From NCBI GenBank assembly GCA_036172245.1, contig JAYWIR010000013.1, forward strand, positions 992,001 through 1,056,000: 64,000 nt of DNA, written 5' to 3'. The DNA is from Raillietiella orientalis (lineage: Eukaryota). The position numbers were made by a program, and so were the translations under genes. Under the pieces are notes generated by a model. That model did no database searches. It was given only the letters and a program-made list of their open reading frames with translations, and was not told the origin of the DNA. Below are positions 44,443 to 57,000 of this stretch, piece by piece (position 1 is the stretch's first letter; each line of letters begins with the position of its first letter).

Positions 44443-45929
44443 ACAAGTTTCCTCGGACCTCGCGACTTGAATATCTGCGTAGGGTACGCATCGCCGTCCT
44501 CTCTCTCCAGGAGATTCGGAAGCCTGGACGGCTCCTGGAGGGAAACCTGGACGCAGGCAGGGGGCGAAAGGGAGGGAGGAAATGCAGTCACGGACCGTTC
44601 ACCAGGCAGAACCAGTAGCGCGCTCACGACGGAGAGCGCCTTCCGGCTCCACAGTTCTTGTGCCCTATGCTTGTGGATCTCCTAGATACGGAGAGACCCA
44701 TGGAGGATGGATGAGAAGGCGGGAGAAGCCGGCACGTCTAAAGACAGATCCATCCAAAGACGACCATCCAGCTTCCGCTGTCCCAGCCGCCTTTACCTCT
44801 CGCTCGTACCGCAGATGGCCGGTGGGCGTGGCTTTGCCGAGCGTCCCTCCTCGCCGCTGCAGATGCCCGACATCCCTCCCCGGGTCCTCACTCTGCAGCC
44901 CTTCCTCTCTACCTCCCACTCCCGTGAATGCGGGTCCGAGTGACGTCATGAGTCCTCCCCCCTTCCCCCACCGAATGCCGCTCCGCTTCGCAGTTTCCCC
45001 GCTTCTCCGCCAGGCGCCGTCCACGCGCGGCACTCCCTCGCCATGCGGACCCGCGACACGGGCAGAGCATCCGGGAAAGCCGGCTCGCGCGCGCGAGGAA
45101 AGAGACCCGTATCGCACCTGGCAACCCTGCGGCCCCTCGCTTCCCTTGCTGCGCCTTTCCAGGGTCTCCTCTTCCGTCGTGATGACTCCGGGGCAGACAG
45201 CCCGCGCCTCCCAAAGAGGCGAGGCCTGCTGCTGCTTGGGGGGCGCGTGATTCCCGGAGAGAGGCCCGTCTTCCGGAGGGCACGCCGAATTCCTCAGTCC
45301 TCTCCTTCCCCTCTTTTTTTTCGCGCGGGAGAGGTCTCCGGGCTGGAAGACGCGCCCCCGATTCTTCCCCATCCTTCCCCCTTCCCGAGGTTTCCCCGGG
45401 GAGTTCGAAGGAACTGGGACTCCAGTTGCGAATATTTCGTGGGCCGGCCGCGCCGTCTCCCAATGAGCGATCGTCGGGATCAGTGACCCCCGTGATCCGG
45501 CAGGTCACCTCCCACGCTGCAGGAGTGCCCGCGTGTCTTCCGCATCCCACCGATGCAGAAAGTGGCGCTTGGCCCTGAATGACCTCGCGGCGAGCCTCGG
45601 GAAGCGGGCAGCATCGCCGGCATTGATGGCGCTTCTGCAGGGAAGAGTCGAACCTTGCGAGCTCCTCCAGGAGGGACGCAGCTAAGGCGAGGCGGGCTGT
45701 CCCCTGACTGCAAAATCTTCCGGGATCGGAGACGGGAAGGTCGAGCCCGCACGCTCCTCGGTCCTCGTGAGGTTTCCCAGGTGACCCCTCTGCTCGTCGG
45801 TGCCCTGAGGCTACGCGGTTGCAAGTGTTGCGCGCACTGTCGCCCCCGGTGCGCACTCTGGGGACCCGCCTCCCTTCGCAGGTGCTTCCTTGGAGCACCA
45901 AGTGCTGCTCCTGTAGACGCGGGCGTTTC

Positions 45930-47950
45930 CACCCAGTCACGCCGAGGCGTTTATTACTAAACACAGTATACTTGCGGTACTAGGCCCCGCTACGGCCAAT
46001 AGTTCATGGGGCCTGCCGGGAAGCCGGTGCACAGACCGGCTCGACTCTCCTCGGCAGCGGAGGGGGATGGGGAAAAAACAAAAAGAAAAATAAAGAAAAC
46101 AAAAAAAAAAAGAAACATTTTGGAGGGCCGGGAAGGAATCAGTCTGCTGGGGGGAGTGTCCATCCTTCGCAGGATGCCGACGAGGTCCATCTGCATGCTT
46201 CCCAGATGGGACCATCCTATCGTGATTTGCTGGTAGCGACCCGCGTGTACGATGGGGTCCCTATCGCTGCTTCCTCTGTTGGCTGCGCTCCACGCAGCCA
46301 CAATCCCTCGGAGGCAGCAGAGCGCTGCCAGTGCTGAGGCTGGTTGCAGGTGTCCCGTACGAAGGGGAGGCGTGCAAGGTCTCTGGGGGGGGCTGCCGAA
46401 GAGTAGTTGCAAAACGTTCCCACAAGGGCCAGAGGGCAGCGCAGTCCACTAACAGGTGGGGGAGGGATTCCTTCTCCCCGCACACTGCACAGTTCTGTTC
46501 CACCTTCCCCAACGTCCAGTGGTGGCGGCGTGCGTTGCAGGGAAGACCCCAGTGCAACAGCAGCAGCGCCGACTCCCCCCATCCTCCCATGTAGACGCGG
46601 GCGTGTCAGAGTGAAACGAAGCTGCTCATCCCGAGGGCTAGGATCCGCCTACTTCCCAGTTCGCGCCGGCCACTGGTCCTGGGGCTCTCCCACTAGCATG
46701 CCCTCCCTCATCCCAGGAGCTCCTAGGAGCCATGCCACAATTGCCGGTTTCGAGCCTTCCAGAGCCACGCACACGGCGCGCAGCTGCAGACTCCCGGCGG
46801 AGGCCCATTCTCTCCCTCACCACCCTCGTTCGCTGCAGGAGAACGGGGCTGCGGACCCCGACTGCAGAGGGAAGCTCCCACTGGAGCTGGGCGATGCGCA
46901 TTGGCCGCGCCGCGCACCATCGCGCGCCTCGTGTGGCCGGTTTCCGGGACGCCCGCCACCTGAAGGTGCCCCTCCTCGGGGGGAAGCTGAGGGCCGGCAG
47001 TCCGCTGCAACCCCACCCCTGCTGCCCGTCCGATCCACCTCCCTCCTTCGGGAGAGTGCAGGAAGGGGGGGAGACCCGGAAAAGTTGCCTCAAACTCGCG
47101 GGCTCCTCGCGGGGACAGCGGGGATGCCGCCGCCGTTCGTTCGGACAGCGAATGCAGCGAGCCGCGGCTCCATCCTGCTCCCCTCAGGACTCAGCCTTCC
47201 TCCTACTACGGAGGCGTCGTCGTGCCCCCAACCCCACCATCCGTGGTGGTTGTCGCTGACGCTGCCGGAGGGGCCTTAGTGGTCGGGGCGAAAGCGCCAA
47301 CCCACATTCCGTGCTGCCTGCCTTCTCGAGCACCCGCTGCGCCCGACTTCCTGCCGTATCCGTCCGAGCGGCACGTCTCCCAGGCCACCACCTTCCCGGA
47401 CACGCCGCCGGGCGGGACCTTCCCCTGACTCGACCGAGTCCGCGGATGGGAGAGGGTTGGCACCACCCGACGACCGCGGCACCCGGAACCGCCAATTCGG
47501 AGGCGCGAGGGCGCCATCGCTGGGTGGCGATTCGGACCGCGGACGGCGGACCGAGGTCGACCAGGGGCGCTATACGAGTTGGACCGCGGCAGCGACAGCT
47601 GGAGGGTGGGCAGATCTTCCCGGACCGAAGGGGTCGGCTCGCCGGCAGCAAAACCTCCTGATCGGCCCGAGAGGTGTCGTCCTAAGGAGGATTGGGGGGG
47701 GGGGGAGACGGGAGACGGAGGGAACGCAGTCCGGCCCATCCAAATCGAACGCCTGTTCCTTGGGAGGAACAGGTACCCTAGGTGATAGGGGATCTCACCG
47801 GAGGCACGACGGACCGGCGTGCGCAGTTCCCACCTGTGCAGCCGCACACGACTCCCTAGGGTGCAACTCCGGCGGGGCTCTCGGCCGAGGATGGTCCATC
47901 AGTATCACGTCCGGTTGTACGGCCTCAGGTTATACAAGTGCGGGGCCTCC
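45930..47950 (-). mobile_element. L1/Tx1-type LINE with internal deletion (endonuclease remnant plus zf-RVT-like C-terminus and 3' end)
   Basis: WGESALLLLHWGLPCNARRHHWTLG..QNCAVCGEKESLPHLLVDC (46581-46444, intact CxxC...H...C); 3' hairpins 46057-46013 and 45949-45930; AATAAA 45955-45950; weak endonuclease motifs YNLRP (about 47933) and NSYSAP (about 47580). Confidence 0.78.
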
Positions 47951-50259
47951 GGCTGAGAGCGCCGTTGGTCCAGCTGCGGCGCAGCGGGGATACTGGTACC
48001 GCAGTAGCCCGGCGGACGACGACGCGAGCCCTGCTGGAGAGGGCGCACGCACGCTCAAGAGGGAGCCCTCCGTGGCGCCCGTCGACGCCGCTCAGAGGTT
48101 TGGGCGGGCGATGCAGCTCCTTCTGCGACCCCGCGTATCCCTTCTGGAAGCCGAGGGGGCGCGTGGGCCTGCTCTTCCCCGTCCGCCTGTTCCTTCCCGC
48201 GCCTTCCTCCGGAGCCTTGCCGACGGGTGGCTACATCGTCGTCCAGGCATCCCAGGGCCGCGCTAGGATTCTGTAGGGAGGGGAAGAGGAGGGGAGGAAG
48301 AGGGCAGCGGGACAGATGACCTCCCTCCTCCTTCGTCTCCTTCGGAGGCTGCGATCGGCTTGCAACCCACGTTCGAGCGAGGATGGGGGGGGGGAGGAGG
48401 TCGGGCTGCTTGCGCCCTGAATTCCTGCCGGGATTTCGAGCCTCCCGGTTTCGTAACCCGGACGACGGATCACCGTCCTTCTCTTCTGGAAGGCCCCCAT
48501 TTCCCCGACGTTTTTCGGTAGGGAAAGGGCCTCCAGGATTTCGGACTGCATCCGGGATTCTCTCCCTCCCTGATAATGGGGAAGGGAGGAGGAGGAGGAG
48601 AAGGAGGAAGGGAAAAATCGGGAGGGTGCACATCCGGTGGGTTTCCCACGTCTTCCTCGCGCGACCCGCGGCATCGCGGAAGCGCCGCATCCGCGTGCCG
48701 GAGGCAGCTGCCCGCCTGCGTGACCATCCCAAGAGACCGACTGGTCGTCTCGGACCCGCATCTCCTCGGAAGGGAGCTGGCGGACGTGGCGGCGGACTCC
48801 CTCGGTGTCCCGGAAGAACGGGAGCGTCTCCGTCCTTGACTCCCGAGGGGGGATGTCTCCGCGGATGCTGCGGAGGGAGCGGGGCATGCGCCTCGGGCCA
48901 AGACGACGGCGGCGATGCCTCGAGCAAACCGCGCAGCTCCGCTGGGAGCGCGCTCGCTCTTGTAGCGGCACGGGGAACGTTTCGGGACGCGCCCCTCCCG
49001 AGATGAGCATCTCCCAGCATCCGGACTCCATACGACGCGCGCTCAGAGACCTGGCGGCAGTCGCCCGCGGCAACCAGCATTGGTGGCTCTGAAGCACCCG
49101 AGACACGGCGGGGACCCGTGCTGGGACCCCGGAAACGACGGAATGCAGAGCGGGGGCGACCTCTGGGACCAGCAGCGGTCGCTGAGCGTCCGTAGTAACA
49201 GCAATGTCCTTCCATGCAGCGACCACCTCCATAGGGAAGCGTCGCTCAGTTCGTCTCTTGCCGAGAGGGCGCGCGTTGCCTAGCAGCGTTCCAGTCTTGT
49301 TCTCTCACCTTTGCCAGAGGGCACAGCGTCCGAAAGGTCACCGCGGCTGATGGTCTCCAGCGATCCCGTTTTCCCGAAGGACCCTCCGAGCTGGAGGGCG
49401 GGTGGTCACGACGGAGATCTCCCTCTTCTCGCTCGAAGATCCCGTGGAGGAGGAGGGACTCCGGAAGGGTCGAGACGGGGGGAGGAGGGAAAACGTCGGC
49501 CCGCCTCCTGAGGGAGCGCCAGCAGCGGCGGCGGGAGCGTTCGTCGCAGAGAGGCACAGGGTCGGCAAAGGGCGAAGAGATCAAAGAGGTGATCTTCTGG
49601 GAGACCACCGGCGGGTCGCGCTCGGATCCGGGATGCGCCGGGGAGGGTCCCTGGGGCCACCTCAGACTCTCCCCGGAGGTGGAGAGGATGATCGTTGCTG
49701 CTTGCGTGTCGGCTGCGCGCGTGCCGCAATGTCGGTCCGTCGCGCCCTGGAGCGTCTCGTTGGCAGTGGGGTGGAGTCCCTTCCTACCGTTCGAGCTTTC
49801 CGGCGCCTCCCCTTCTCTCTTTCTCCCTGGAGCGGAAGGGGGGTGCTCCTGGTTGCCGGGAGCGTCCGCCGCTTCTACCTAGGAAAGCCACCCGCACGGG
49901 TCTCTCGGAAATCCGGAACTCGACTGCCACGCCAGAGCCGCACCTGCCCTGCCCTTTGACCCGAGTTTCGTGCATCGGTCCCGGTAGGCCGAGGAGGAGT
50001 CCACCAGGCTCTCTCTGGTGATCGCCCGCGGCACCTATCTACCTTGCAGCTTGGTCACTGTCGCCAGCACATTCGCCGCGGAGGTTCCGTCTGGTCTCTC
50101 CATCTCCATCGTTGCCACGGGAGCCATTTAGGGACGCATAGCGGGAGCGGCTGGAAAGGGCAGTGAACCGTCGCCCGAGAGCAGCAGCTCCTTGCGTGCC
50201 GTCACGTGTCCGTGGCCCGACAGTTAGGGGCGTGGCCACTCACTTCCGGGAAAGATCGA

Positions 50260-51779
50260 GGTGGCCGCTTTCCCTTGTTCCCGCGTCGTGGAGGCAGCCC
50301 GGTTTCGCCGCAGATTCGATCCCGGCGTCGGGGACCTCCCCGCCCGGAGATGGCGCACCGCCTGCTGTTCCGCTGGGCCTCCCGCCATCGCACGCGGCCG
50401 CTTGCCCGCCGCTTCCGCCTCGGAGAGGAAGAGCAGGAATGGCGCCGCCGCCGAGCGGTGCTGCCACCTGGGAACTCGACGGTCTGGGATCGCAGCACGG
50501 AAGCGCTGAAGCCTCCCCAGTTCGCGGAAGTTGCGTGCCAGCCTCCGGGGAGGACGAATCTTGAAAGGGGCAGCTGCAGGACCCGCAAAGAGTTTGTTGT
50601 CTTCCTGATGTCATACGGAAAGAATACCAGCCTCTCCAGAGTATTGCGCGCTGCTCCCTTCGGGAGCGCTCACCCTTCAGGGAAATCTAGAAGCGTCCCT
50701 TCGGGGTCCTCTTCAGAGGAGGAAACAAGGGTGACGGTTCCCTTCGGAGAAGAACTCAGAAGTCCTCGCAAACTGGGGGATTCCTCTGGAGAGAATGAGG
50801 AAGATGTTCTTCCCATCGGAGGCATACAGGGCGAGGGTTCCCTCCAGGATTCGCTACCGAGAGTTCGCCGACCAATGGGAGATCATATGCGAAATCGGTC
50901 AGAAGACGAGGGAACCAGGTGGTTGGACCACGGGCCAGCTGACGGACGCGGCAACTCCAATTACCACACCGAAAGACTATTGTGCTAGGGTGAGCTGCTG
51001 GAAATCCTACAAGAAGACCTCGAGTGGCCCCCAGCTCTGAAGAACACCTCCCCTCGAATAGTGGAAGAGGTCGGCGATCCTGCTGTTGCACAGGGGCCTC
51101 CCATGCAATGTCCGCCGGTCTCATTGGACCCGGATGGCTGTGAATCCGAACTGTTGAAGGTGCGGGGAACGGAATCCCAGCTCCCTCACTTGTTTCTAGG
51201 CTGTGGTTCCTTCCCGCACTGCTTGTCGACTGTGATGCTCTCCAGTCCCTGTGGTTGCGTAACGCAACGACCCTTGGTGCACCGACGGACAATACCAGGG
51301 ACGTGATGAAGCGCCTCTTCGTGTGCGATGCCCATTCGCCTACCGCATCCCCAGCAGCTCTTGTTGCTGCCTAGGTGGGATTGTGGCGCCCTGGAGCTAC
51401 GCGAGAGGAGGACGGCGCGATAGGGACGCCACCTGCTTCGCTCTGCGCTTCCTGCGGACAGCAGCTAGATGCCCCCCCTGCAGACCTGGGGCACACTCGG
51501 ATGGAAATTGCCAGCATCTTGGAAAGGACGCAGAGGACGTCTTCCAGCTCCCAGTGATTCCTTCCCGTACCCCTTCCCCCAGAGTTTTTTTTGTTGTTAT
51601 TGATTTTCATTTTACTTTTATTTTTGTCCCCTTCCCTCCTCCGCTGCCGAAGCGGACCTCGCCGGCCTACACGCCGGTTACTCGGCGGGTTCCGAGCATT
51701 TTCGGACGATCTTGAACCGATGGCCCTATACATGCATGTTTATTATTTTTTATAATAAATGTCCCGGCGCGACCGGGTG
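50260..51779 (+). mobile_element. 5'-truncated L1/Tx1-type LINE 3' portion
   Basis: WKRSAILLLHRGLPCNVRRSHWTR..NPNC*RCG, then frameshifted LPHLFLGC (about 51062-51204); hairpin 51644-51688; AATAAA 51754-51759; terminal hairpin 51760-51779. Confidence 0.8.
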
Positions 51780-51799
51780 ATAGACCTACCAAGAGTAAG

Positions 51800-53000
51800 A
51801 GAAGAACGGACTCCTTCCTTTCCCAGAGCTCTTCTTGGATTCATAGGGTGGTCCCCTTCTGGGGTATTCCCCACACCTAACTTGAAGAGTTACTACACGC
51901 ACCCTTGGATGGCGGGGCACTGCAAGTCCCTCGTAAGGCGGTCAACGGTTCTTCAGTACTTTGCAGACTACCAGAGAGATTGAGAGAAGCTGCCTTGGAT
52001 GCAGGAGAGGCGATCTTCATCGAAGGATGCCACCTGCATCCACCCGTGCTGCTCCTTACGCGGTGATGGTGTAGCAGTATCGCACTCCGCTGATTCCGGC
52101 TTGGACGAAACTTATGTTCACGAAAGACGATCAGAAACGCGATCCTCGTGTGACCTTCTACGACCTTTTCTCCCCTTTGCACGTCGAGGCAGGGACGTCT
52201 GCTCCCACGGGTCGGGCATCGGCAAGGCAAGTGCGACGCGGTCTTCCATGGAGGAGACGCGCTGGAGACTACCTCCTCGCAGGAGTTCCTTGCGAATCCG
52301 CTGACCAGTGCCAGTGTTCCTTGCCAGCTGAAGAAGCCCTCTCTCCTTCTGGACTCGCGTTCTGCACGCACTGCCCCCGTTTCTATCTTCAAAAGGAGAT
52401 GAAACCAAGGCGAGAGAGGAAACCAAGCGCCCGGCGAGAGAGGAAACATTTCCGGGGTGGCTTTTTTTCCCCATCCAGCTTTGCGAGTCCCCTCTGAGGA
52501 GGCGTATGGTTCTTCAGCACCCTTCGAGAACCAAAGAAATAAAAATAAAAACCCGAAAAAACAAGAACAAACAAACTGAAGGGAAAGCGAGAACAGAACC
52601 AAAAGGAATGCCTGCCATCATCCGAGACCGACAGCAGCGATATCCCCGTGAGGTCGCTAGTGGCCTACCGGACATTTACGTCCACTTTTTCTTCATTTGT
52701 GGGGGGAGCAGAGTTTCAGCAGGAGTAGCTTCGCCGATTATGGACCTCCGCGTCGCGTAAACTCAGAACCCTTCATTCATCGGCGCGAAGGAAACGTGGG
52801 CGCCACGCTGCTGCATCTTGGGAAATGAACTCGCCTCCACGGAGGTTCCGATGACCGGATGTCCATCCAAGAACAAGTAGAACGAAATCCGTCGGGCGTA
52901 TAAGAATTCTGTTTGGGGACACTCGAGCATGTCGAATCCCGTGTTTGATAATGGGCCTCTTCATCTTTCGCCTTTGTCTAGGACAACAGGCATTCCGCGC
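51800..53000 (-). mobile_element. Decayed LINE 3' fragment(s)
   Basis: QRSAILLHH on - (about 52093-52067) matches KRSAILLLH; T-rich 3'-UTR-like tract on - at about 52600-52535. Confidence 0.4.
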
Positions 53001-53919
53001 TCCGATCTGCACCCACGTCCAAGGAAGAATTGGTGCAGCAGGAGGAACCCCGGGAGTGGGGCCGCAGCGTAGACGCCGGTACGGCATGCCGGAAGGGAGG
53101 GGGGGGAGGGGCAAACGAAGCGTCTGGCCCCGAGACCTCGTCGGGACAGAGTCGCCGCTCCTGCCCTCCGAAGGGTCGTTCGGGTGGGGCCGCCTTCGCC
53201 GGCGTGGATCACTGCGGCGGTAGCCAACCTCCTAGCGACCGAGATCCCGGAGGGGGCAGTCCGCGCGAGCCACCTCCGGCCGCCCTCCTCTCCCTTCACG
53301 GTTGCGGGTTCCCGAAGGGTGTGGCTCTCTTGGAACTCGCCCAAGACCGGAGCGCAGAGCCGGAGGAGTGTCAGCAGCGCAGGGACGCCCTCGCGGGGTT
53401 CAAGAGCGACCGCTGGAGCCTGTAGATCTGCTCGCGGCTGCCCTCCAGTGGCGCGTCTCCACAGAAAGGGAGGCGAGGAGGGAAACCGCTGCCTCGGAAA
53501 CTTTCACTTTCGTCGCGGCAGCCGGGTGTGGACGGCGGCCGGGGGCTGATTTGATTTTTACAGCGTCCGGCGTGCCACGGAGGAACGGGCGGCGGCAGGC
53601 GGGAAACGCGGAACTGCGCGCGCGCTCGCGACTTCACGGGAATTCTTGCGGATCGCCAGGTCAATTCGAGGGGGGGGGAGAACTCTCGCTGGGCGCGGAA
53701 TGCGCGCGTCCGTCGGCGGTGGGGCCAGGCGGAAAAGCGCCGGCGCGCGTTTTATGGCACGATGGCACCTCATCCAGGTTACCTAAAGACAAATGAAAAG
53801 ATGGCCCTCGTTTTATTGCTGGACGGCGGTCAGCGTTGTAAAAAGGGCGCGATGTCTACGATAACTGCGCCCATGATTTTTTAATGACGGCGCTTCTTGG
53901 AGCCAATTCCGGTAACAAA

Positions 53920-53921
<2 letters not shown>

Positions 53922-53960
<39 letters not shown>
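53922..53960 (+). repeat. (GT)n microsatellite
   Basis: About 19 perfect GT units. Confidence 0.97.
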
Positions 53961-53965
<5 letters not shown>

Positions 53966-55549
53966 CTTTTGCTCAGGAGAGGAGTCCCCTCGAAACGGGT
54001 GGAGCGGCGGGAACGGCCCGGGGAAGCCGCCGGGAGAACGAAACGGTGAGCTCCAGCTGCCGTGGAAACGACTGCTTCCCAGGGGCTCGCGAACTCGTGC
54101 ATGCGGCGGGAGGACGGCACCACCGAAAAAGAACGAACTCTCCCGCCTTTTGCCCTCTTCCGAAGGCCGGGAGAGAGAAGGACACGGCAGCCGCCAGGAC
54201 TCGATCCCCCCTCCCTTCCCTCCCCCCCGGATCGCGTCTCAGCTGGTGACAGGCAGGGGGAGGAGATCAGCGCTGCACGACCCCGGTTCAGCCTCACCTG
54301 GGGGCCATCGAAGAATGCCGAAAAGATCCGCGTCCGAATGGACGGCGAAGAGACCTTCCTGTCTTTAGTGGGCCTGGGCGTCCGCTCCCGTAGTCTATCC
54401 CTCCGAGGACCTCTCGAAAAGTCTTGCCCCTTCAATCCCGGGCTCTCGAACCGACCTGGTTGCTCCTTGGAGTTTCCCTGGGATACCGCGCCATCGCCGG
54501 GGGAGATCGCAGCGAGCGTCCTCCGGAGCGAATCCTCTCCGTCCCTGGCCGGTCCGTCCGATTTCGCGCGCTCCCAGAGGGGTCAGCAAGGCAGTTCGGC
54601 CAGGGGCACGTATGAGGAATTCCCTCGCATCTGTCTGGATGCGGGTCCCCTTGGCAACGCCGCCGTTTCTGCGACCGCCGGCGAGAACCTGTGGAGGGCC
54701 TCTTCGAGCGCCGGCGTGGCTCCCGCCTCGGGCGAAGCAGAGCGGTCGAGCTGCAGCGACCCTTCCGTGGCAGCCTGCGTTCCTCTGAGGGAGGTCCACT
54801 CCCCTCGGCATCATCCCGATCCCGCCGCTTCTCTCGGGGGACGCTCGTCGGCAGGGATGCAGCGGGAACTCCCAAGAAGCTGGCGGAAGAACCCGGAGAC
54901 ACACCCGGTTCAGCTCCGGACTGTTCGGCCGTCCCTCCAGGCGACGGGAGGCCGCCGGAGCCGAACGCAGCGGCCAAGTGGCTCGGACTCACGCGCGTGC
55001 ACTCCGCCGCACCGCTTGAGGGAGTCCCCCTCTCCCCCCTCCCGGCTACCGAAAAATCCCATCCTCTGGGGACGGCGGGAAAGGGAAGATGGCAGTCTGG
55101 AGAGGATTCTGAGCGGATTTTCCGCGGAGGAGGGCGCTCGGGCGGGGGAGTCGCGCGCAGCAGCCTCCGCTCGCAGTCGCTCCCGCGAGGAACGACGTCT
55201 ACGGCTGCAACGGATGGATGCGCGCGCAGTTTTTGCCCTCCTGCCCGAGCCACGAAATGCCCGCCCTGAGAACGCCGGCGGCGGCGAAGGATACGCGGGT
55301 CGGAGCGAGCCCACCGACAATCGCTTGGCTCGGGTTCTTCTTGACTGATTTTAGTGACCTCTTTCAGCAAATCGATCTGTTAATCGTAGCGGTTTTTTTT
55401 TTCCTCCCCCCCTCTCTGCCCCCCCTTTTCCCCTTCCTCTCTCGCGCCCGCTCGCTTCAGGCGTGACTTCTTGCATTTTGAGTCGGGTCGGGCATCCCTT
55501 TCCGCCTTCGCCTCCCGTTGCTGGGCCTCCTTCTCCATGGATCCAGGCT

Positions 55550-57000
55550 AATGGGTGTGGCGCTGGAGCGACGTTTCACGCGCTGGAAACCGGATGTCCC
55601 TAGCTGACTAGCTGGAATCGGGAGCAGAACCTCCGGGGTCCTTGATTCCAGGCATCACGATGCTTCGGAGGTTCCCTTTCGGTTCGTCCATGGAGCATCC
55701 ACCCATCGTATCCACGGAGCTGCTTCCCTTCTCGGAGGGTTCTCCCCTCTCCAGTATTCTGGATGCGTCTTCCCTCCCTTAGGGAAAGCCCTCCATGGCT
55801 AGGTTTCCTTTCGGGGTTCCCTCTCAAGAGTCAGAGAGGAACGGACTCCACCCTCTGGGGTCTTCCTGGATTCCTGGGATCGTCTTTTCGGGGCTTCCCC
55901 CTGACTGAGTCACACGCACCCTCCTCGGGCGGCTTGACGTTGTTTAAAGAGCCTTGTGGGCCCCTGTAGTGGCACTGTCGGGCTGCTCTCCGATGCCCCT
56001 AGAGGGGCGGACGGTTCTCGAGTACTTAGCGAGCCCCAGAAGGGAAGACCGCTCGATGCGCGAAGATGCAATGAAGCTGTCAGTAAGCAGCCGAACTTCC
56101 CCAGCGCCAAGAGCCCGAGGTTCTTGAAGATGGAGAACCGGAAGCGCAGCGCGTGCGCGCTCACGTGCTCCCTGGTGATTGCGTTCCGAGGGTTTGTACT
56201 GCCCGCAGCGCTGCCGTGCGGATTGATCGAACCCGGCGAGATGCTGCGCGGCGACCATCCTCCCCAAATGAACACGGGAAGATTTCGGAGGCTAACGTGT
56301 TCCCTCGGGGAGGGAAGGGGGGAGGGGAAGAGTTCCGGGGAGCAGCGCCTCTTCAGGATGCGGCAGCCATCCACTCGCCCCATTGCAGCCACAGCACCGA
56401 AGGTGTGCTGAAGGAAGAAGAGGAGTGACGCCGCCGCGAGCCCTCAGGAAGTTCAAGCGCAACACCGCGTGTCTTTGACGGATGGTGTCCACTCGGTCTC
56501 TGACTTCAAGGAGATGTGCAGGTCCGAGAAAGCTGCACGTTGAGAAATTCTCAGTTGGGTTTTAACGGTTCGCACCTTCGATCGTGGCTTCCCTCTGGAA
56601 TCCCAGACGCTTCTTAGGGCGCTGCAGTTCTCGAGAAACTCCATCCCAATGAGCTAAGAGAACTGGGGAGTTTGAGCACCGTCCTCAGGTGATCTTTGTG
56701 GATCCATGCCGGGCACACTCGTGGCAGTGCCTACCGCACCCCGCCGCGAAGCTGCTACCGCAAGATGTGGGCAGTCAGCGCTTGCAGCGGCATCTGGCGG
56801 CCGTTCAGGAATGAAACCGTATTTCCAATCAGAAGGTCTGGTGGTCGTCTCGGACACGTCAGGCAGAAGGCCTCGGCCTTTCCTTAGGAAGGACTGCCAA
56901 CATAGAGGAAGAAGACCTCAGGGAAGAGGAAGAGGAAACAGTGAGCGCAAGCGGTGTCCAGCCTTTCCTCAGGAGACGTCTGCTAGCAGAACGGGATGGA
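55550..57000 (-). mobile_element. Decayed LINE RT/thumb region
   Basis: On -: LIGMEF...W (about 56653-56600; cf. YLGIxF) followed by VFIWGG (about 56276-56259), collinear with LINE RT domain 7 and thumb. Confidence 0.42.

Noticed and set aside
48000..50200. Possible LINE ORF1 (gag-like) remnant upstream of the 47.9-kb endonuclease motif
   Set aside because: The position fits, but I could not read an intact zinc knuckle or RRM motif, so it is not called.
54062..55370. Overlapping 428-aa (+) and 312-aa (-) ORFs
   Set aside because: No domain motifs or splice structure; composition typical of GC-rich decayed repeat.
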